A DNA stretch of 64,000 bases from Octopus vulgaris (lineage: Eukaryota). Position 1 is the first letter of the stretch. Every line of letters begins with the position of its first letter. The stretch lies in NCBI GenBank assembly GCA_951406725.2, contig OX597837.1, positions 11,842,001 to 11,906,000 on the forward strand, given 5' to 3'. Of this stretch, positions 59,501-64,000 are shown in pieces. The position numbers and the translations under genes were made by a program. Below the pieces are notes generated by a model. That model was not told the origin of the DNA and did no database searches. It saw only the letters and a program-made list of their open reading frames with translations.

Positions 59501-62056
59501 GCATCCGACCCAAATGCTCTACCAGTTTCGTAATCACACGGGCCAGATCCAACCTCTCACACCCGCCCAACATTGTCATTCTAAAAATCAACATCACATC
59601 ATCGAAATGAGATAATGCTAGGAGATAATGCATGGTTAATCCCAGGATTAAAAGCAGAGTAATCTGAATGCTCAAAGGTTAAAATAATTTTGTCATTAAG
59701 CTGTGTATATTTTATTTTATTTTATCTAGCTTCAGCTCACGAGCTGTGGCCATGCTGGGGCACCGCCATTTGAGACAAATTAACGAATTATGATGGAAAG
59801 TTTTAATCTAGATCAGTCTAAAAACAGAGTTTGTATTATAGAACTGGGGTCAGTCATAGGAAAGTCAGTATTAAAAGGGTTGACGTGGTGATAGAAATAA
59901 AAGGAAACGTGGGGGGGGGGGGTTAGAGCAGAGCTAATGTAGAAGGTGGATGGATAGCAGGAGGAGGAGGAGGAGAAAGATAGAGGGAGTAGCAAAAATT
60001 ATTTAACTGAAGCAGAAGGCAAATGAACAAATATTTTACCCAGATTTTTTATTTTTACTTTGAACAAAAACCAGTTTAAACCCTCCCCCCATACATACAC
60101 AATTAGATGCAGATGGTTCCAGTTTACGACCCTCACCTCCTACTTATTTAACTTTTTTCAATGCAACAAAGTTCCCTACCACCTTTAATTACAAAGTGGG
60201 AACATGCATTCCAGCAGAATGAGACGATTGGGGTTAGCTGAGGACTTGGCACCACTGAACGGACATTCACATGATTGTTATTCTACAAAATTTCTTCTCT
60301 TGTCTCTATTTCTTATTAACCGTTTTGTTACCGTAATCACAGGAATGGTCATAGCTGGAGTGCTTGGTCACAGTTGACCTAGGGTTAAAAAACTCATACC
60401 AACTACCACAGCCACTATCACTCCACATACACAGAGGGGGAAAAAAAGTACATATATTTACCCTATTTTCTGGCACACAAGTTGAACCTTTCAAACTAGA
60501 ATTTACAGCAGCAAAAAAAAGGTAGGTCAACTTATACACGAAGACAATTTGGAAGGACCGAAAATTCCATGCGAAATGCAATAAGCTTTGGGAAAATAGC
60601 AACAAGGTTTAAAAGGTTGACTCTACGTGCTTACACTAAATACTAGGTCGACTTGTATGCCGGAAATACGAGAGGCTTCGTGTCTATATAAAGAAAGCAG
60701 AGAGGGGTGGAGAGAAGAAAGAAGGGACACGCCATTCCAGTGTGGAGTATCAAAAGCTGTTATGATACAGAAGGGGTCACTAATGAAAAAAAGGGTCCAG
60801 ATCGGAAAGAGAGAGAGAAACAGATGTTATTCCCATTTGCCCTTTTTCCTGGATTAAGAAGGAACTTACAAATACTTGAAGTCTTCTGACGCTTCGACGA
60901 CGGCACCGTTACGGGTGAGTTCACCATGGCTTTGCTGTCCTCCATGTGGTAGTACTTAATGTGGTACTGAAGGCGGTGGTCTTTACGGAAACTCTTGTTG
61001 CAGTTCTCAAACATGCATTTGTAAGGATTGTGATCATACTGGATAGTAAACTCCTGGCTTGCAACTGTAACAACAACAACAACAATAATAATAATAAAAG
61101 ATTTGAACAGAGGGATAGAGGAAATAGGTATAAAACCAGTTTAATAAGGCGGCAAGCTGGCAGAAACGTTAGCACGGCGGGCGAAATGTGTAGCCGTATT
61201 TCGTCTGCCGTTACGTTCTGAGTTCCAATTCCGCACTGGGGTCGATGTAATCGACTTAATCCGTTTGGCTGTCCTTGTTTGTCCCCTCTGTGTTTAGCCC
61301 CTTGTGGGTAGTAAAGAAATAGGTATAAAACCAGGTTTAGTACAGCTCCAGAAAATGATGTTATTAGGGTATTAGGGAGAGCTAGGATAATTAGGAGGGT
61401 TCTTGGTATCTAAGGTTATTTGTTGTGGCCCAATGTTAGGAATTTTACTTCTCCAAGTTTAATCTGTCATGCATAAGTGAATAATAATAATAATCCTTTC
61501 TACTGAAGGCACAAGGCCTGGAATTTTGTAGTTGATTACGTTCACCCCAGTGTTTCACTGGTACTTAATTTATTGACCCTGAAAGGATGAAAGGCAAAGT
61601 CAACTTTGGCAGAATTCGAACTCAGAACGTCAAGGGAGGTAAAATACCGCTGAACATATATTCCGAAGGAATATATGTCCAACCCATTTTTGACAGCTGG
61701 GTGGATGGAAGCAACGAGAAATAAAGAGACTTGCTCAAGGACACAATGCGCTGCCGTGAATTGAACCCATGACTATATGAACATGAGATAAATACCATAA
61801 CCATTAAGCCATGTGCCTGGACTACTGCTTAACATTTGGCTGCTATTTCTAGCAGAGTTGGCGACATTGTAGAAGCACCCTCACCTTGTAGGTTATCAAA
61901 GTAGTTGTAAATGTAAGTGCTTACCTTTCCCGCCGAGTTTAATCCTTTTGCGGGGGAGACCTTCATCTCCAGGTGACAGGGGTTCTTTCTTCACCACAAA
62001 GTCAGAAGTGTCAGGAGATTTCGACAAACCTCGTTTTCTTGAGGCCCGATGGGGAC
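48780..62056 (-). CDS. PHF20: PHD finger protein 20 / PHF20L1 / MBD-R2-like (NSL complex subunit), 3' 11 exons, 5'-partial
   Basis: complement join(61925-62056,60870-61064,58392-58562,55997-56068,55465-55592,54269-54368,52866-53064,51539-51849,50718-51037,49626-49821,48780-48901), phases consistent. C2H2 finger [24 protein letters not shown]; PHD finger CVC...[15 protein letters not shown]...YICSIC followed by KYIYDQDWL; C-terminal NLLQYV..Q.EI..RLD.I..QI and DLSKV.KMA. PHF20 vs PHF20L1 cannot be distinguished (likely a single co-orthologue). Confidence 0.9.
49626..49821 (-). CDS. PHF20: PHF20-like penultimate exon (…[28 protein letters not shown])
   Basis: tttcag| ... A|gtacgt; conserved C-terminal helical motif. 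Confidence 0.9.
50718..51037 (-). CDS. PHF20: PHF20-like Ser/Asn-rich low-complexity exon
   Basis: gttcag| ... AAG|gttagt, phase 1 to 0 bridges the neighbouring exons. Confidence 0.82.
51539..51849 (-). CDS. PHF20: PHF20-like exon ([14 protein letters not shown]...DQNHS)
   Basis: ttccag| ... G|gttggt; LKLW..NW motif. Confidence 0.87.
52866..53064 (-). CDS. PHF20: PHF20-like exon ([21 protein letters not shown]...KRQVKLSL)
   Basis: cggcag| ... CT|gtgagt; conserved post-PHD block. Confidence 0.92.
53270..53641. mobile_element. MITE with GGATCTTTTC TIRs and perfect 8-bp TSD (Merlin-like)
   Basis: TIR ggatcttttcggtttgaac; TSD gattataa; shares aaacttcgtat.ctggtagaatgtg with the 10240 element. 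Confidence 0.8.
54269..54368 (-). CDS. PHF20: PHF20-like exon, PHD finger C-half ([12 protein letters not shown]...[10 protein letters not shown])
   Basis: ttgcag| ... G|gtaaga. Confidence 0.94.
55465..55592 (-). CDS. PHF20: PHF20-like exon, PHD finger N-half ([18 protein letters not shown])
   Basis: ttgcag| ... CAG|gtaaac. Confidence 0.92.
55997..56068 (-). CDS. PHF20: PHF20-like basic exon ([24 protein letters not shown])
   Basis: tttcag| ... A|gtaagt, phase 1-1. Confidence 0.78.
58392..58562 (-). CDS. PHF20: PHF20-like linker exon ([12 protein letters not shown]...NFDLLD)
   Basis: ttttag| ... G|gtaaat, phase 1-1, open frame. Confidence 0.8.
60870..61064 (-). CDS. PHF20: PHF20-like exon encoding the C2H2 zinc finger
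   Basis: ttacag| ... T|gtaagt; [31 protein letters not shown]. Confidence 0.93.
61925..62056 (-). CDS. PHF20: PHF20-like exon ([43 protein letters not shown])
   Basis: ctacag| ... G|gtaagc, phase 1-1, basic NLS-like stretches. Confidence 0.8.
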
Positions 62057-62799
62057 CTGTAGAAATTAACAACATATATATTACGAGTAGTAAGGGAGAT
62101 AGAGCGAAGATGGGGGGAAAAAGGGATAACAAAGAAGAGGAAGAATTATTTAGAGAAAGATAGACAGACCGACCCCAAAAGAGACAAAGAGATGGAGGTT
62201 GGCGAGACGAGAGAGACAAATGTGAAAAAATTATAGATCAGCATTATTATCATTTTGCCTGGCATGCTAATGATTTGGCCAGTAAACCACCTTTCTATGA
62301 ATAATAATAATAATAATAATAATAACCATGTGTTGAGAGGGATCTTTGGGGTTTGAATAATTCACCTCTGGAAACATGGGTGGTTCTTTCAACATCCTTA
62401 AACAACCCTTATTCAGGGACCTTTTGAGCGGGATGGGTAACTCAACCTGAATAAAATTCTAACTGGGCCCCACCTGCAAGGTCATGTGCTGTTTATCTTG
62501 ACATGAGATCACCATGTCGCGCACATATGGTTGTGATGCATGTGCCTAGTGTACCCTTATCAGACCGGTAGTCATGATGGGTATATTGGGCTTCGTATAT
62601 TTTACCCCAGTGTCACTTTGATGGCATGAACTGCTCTCTCACTCAATAATAATAACCACTTTTTACTACAGGCACAAAACCTGGGGAGAGGCACAGTCAA
62701 TTACCTCTACCCCCAGTACTCAAATGGTACTTAATGGACCCTGAAAGGATGAAAAGCAAAATCAGCGTCGGTGGAATCTGAACTCATCAGCATTATCAT

Positions 62800-63240
62800 C
62801 ATTTTAGCGACAAGAAAGAATATGGAGGGCTGCAAGAACCTTGTGAACTTTACAACAGACGCTTCCATGCAAGAATCAGCCTTGCTAATCATCAGAGGCA
62901 TAGACATGGACAGAGGGGAAGAAATGGTCAAGAAGAAGCCAAATAAAGTATCAGACACATGATAAAACGCCACTGCGGAATAGGATTTTTTAAACATCAA
63001 GGATCCGCCAGAGTAAAGCAAGAATTCAAGCAGCAGCATCAGGGCTACCATCTCGAAACGTTTCGACTGAGATGGGTGGGCCACGTAGCAAGAAGGAAAG
63101 AAACCAGGCTGCCGTGTCAAATTTTATACGGTGAACTTTCCACTGAAAGAAGACTCTTTGGCCGTCCCCTCAGCCGATACAAGGACCAGCCAAAGCAAAG
63201 CCTGAAACAGACTAGAATTGATCCCAAAACCTGGGACTTT
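62800..63240 (+). mobile_element. Degenerate RTE (BovB-like) LINE fragment
   Basis: RLRWVGHVAR...RLPCQILYGEL...GRPLSRYKD...IDPKTW. Confidence 0.8.
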
Positions 63241-64000
63241 GAAGCTCATACGAGTAATATTTCCCAATGGCCAGATATGTTTTCACAGAAGATTGGAAAT
63301 GGACACAGCTTGTATAACAGGGACGTTCATTTACAACTATTCCAAGATGTCAAGGCAAGGAGATATGAACATGCACACACATACAATTGCGATGGGCTTC
63401 TTTCCTTTTTTTCAGTTTGTCTATCAAATCTCTCTCACACACACACAATGTGAACATGTCATCATTTTGAACCAATCCTATGACTGGCACCCGGCAGTTG
63501 CCAGGACCGCTGGACTGACTCCTGTGGCAAGTGAAGAAACACCATTTCGACCCTATGCTTGAGGAGATCCATTGAGTCCAGTACACCAACATCAAAATCA
63601 ATGGAAACTGCAGTTGTGATCCCTGTGCCGGTGGCACGTAAAAAGCACCATCCGATTCGTGGCCAATGCCAGTGCCACCTTGACTGGCTTCCGTGCCGGT
63701 AGCATGTAAAATGCACCAATCCGATCGTGGCCATTGCTAGCCTCGCCTGATACCTGTGCAGGTGTCACGTAAAAAGTACCCACTACACTCTCGGAGTGGT
63801 TGGCGTTGGGAAGGGCATCCAGCTGTAGAAACACTGCCAGATCAGACTGGAGCCTGGTGCAGCCTCCTGGCTTCCCAGATCCCCAGTCGAACCATCCAAC
63901 CCATGCCAGCACGGAGAACGGATGTTAAACGATGATGATGCTGGCATGGGTGGAATGGTTTGACAGGAGCTGCACCAGACTCCAGTCCCATTTGGCATGG

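Overview
Eukaryotic, AT-rich, microsatellite- and SINE-dense genomic DNA. The repeat families look like those of Octopus; this species assignment is an inference. Two convergent intron-rich genes can be reconstructed by hand. The first is a complete 14-exon TTC38 on + (CDS 3380-37322, 1398 nt, 465 aa), whose last intron is GC-AG. The second is the 3' 11 exons of a PHF20/PHF20L1/MBD-R2-like gene on - (62056-48780, C2H2 zinc finger and PHD finger; 5' part lies beyond the window), possibly with a ~10 kb 3' UTR ending near 38645. Almost all ORFs in the supplied track are microsatellite artefacts. The rest of the window is SINEs (several in head-to-tail arrays), CR1 and RTE LINE fragments, Helitrons, and Tc1/mariner-, hAT-, piggyBac- and Merlin-like MITEs. 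The most notable unexplained signal is five sequence-distinct type I hammerhead ribozyme folds of the Penelope-like-element kind, most of them next to (TA)n or (AAT)n tracts; two look catalytically intact. Also notable are an (AAT)n-targeted retroelement, a perfect 61-bp hairpin and recurrent same-junction SINE multimers. All calls are manual; no database searches or folding programs were run.
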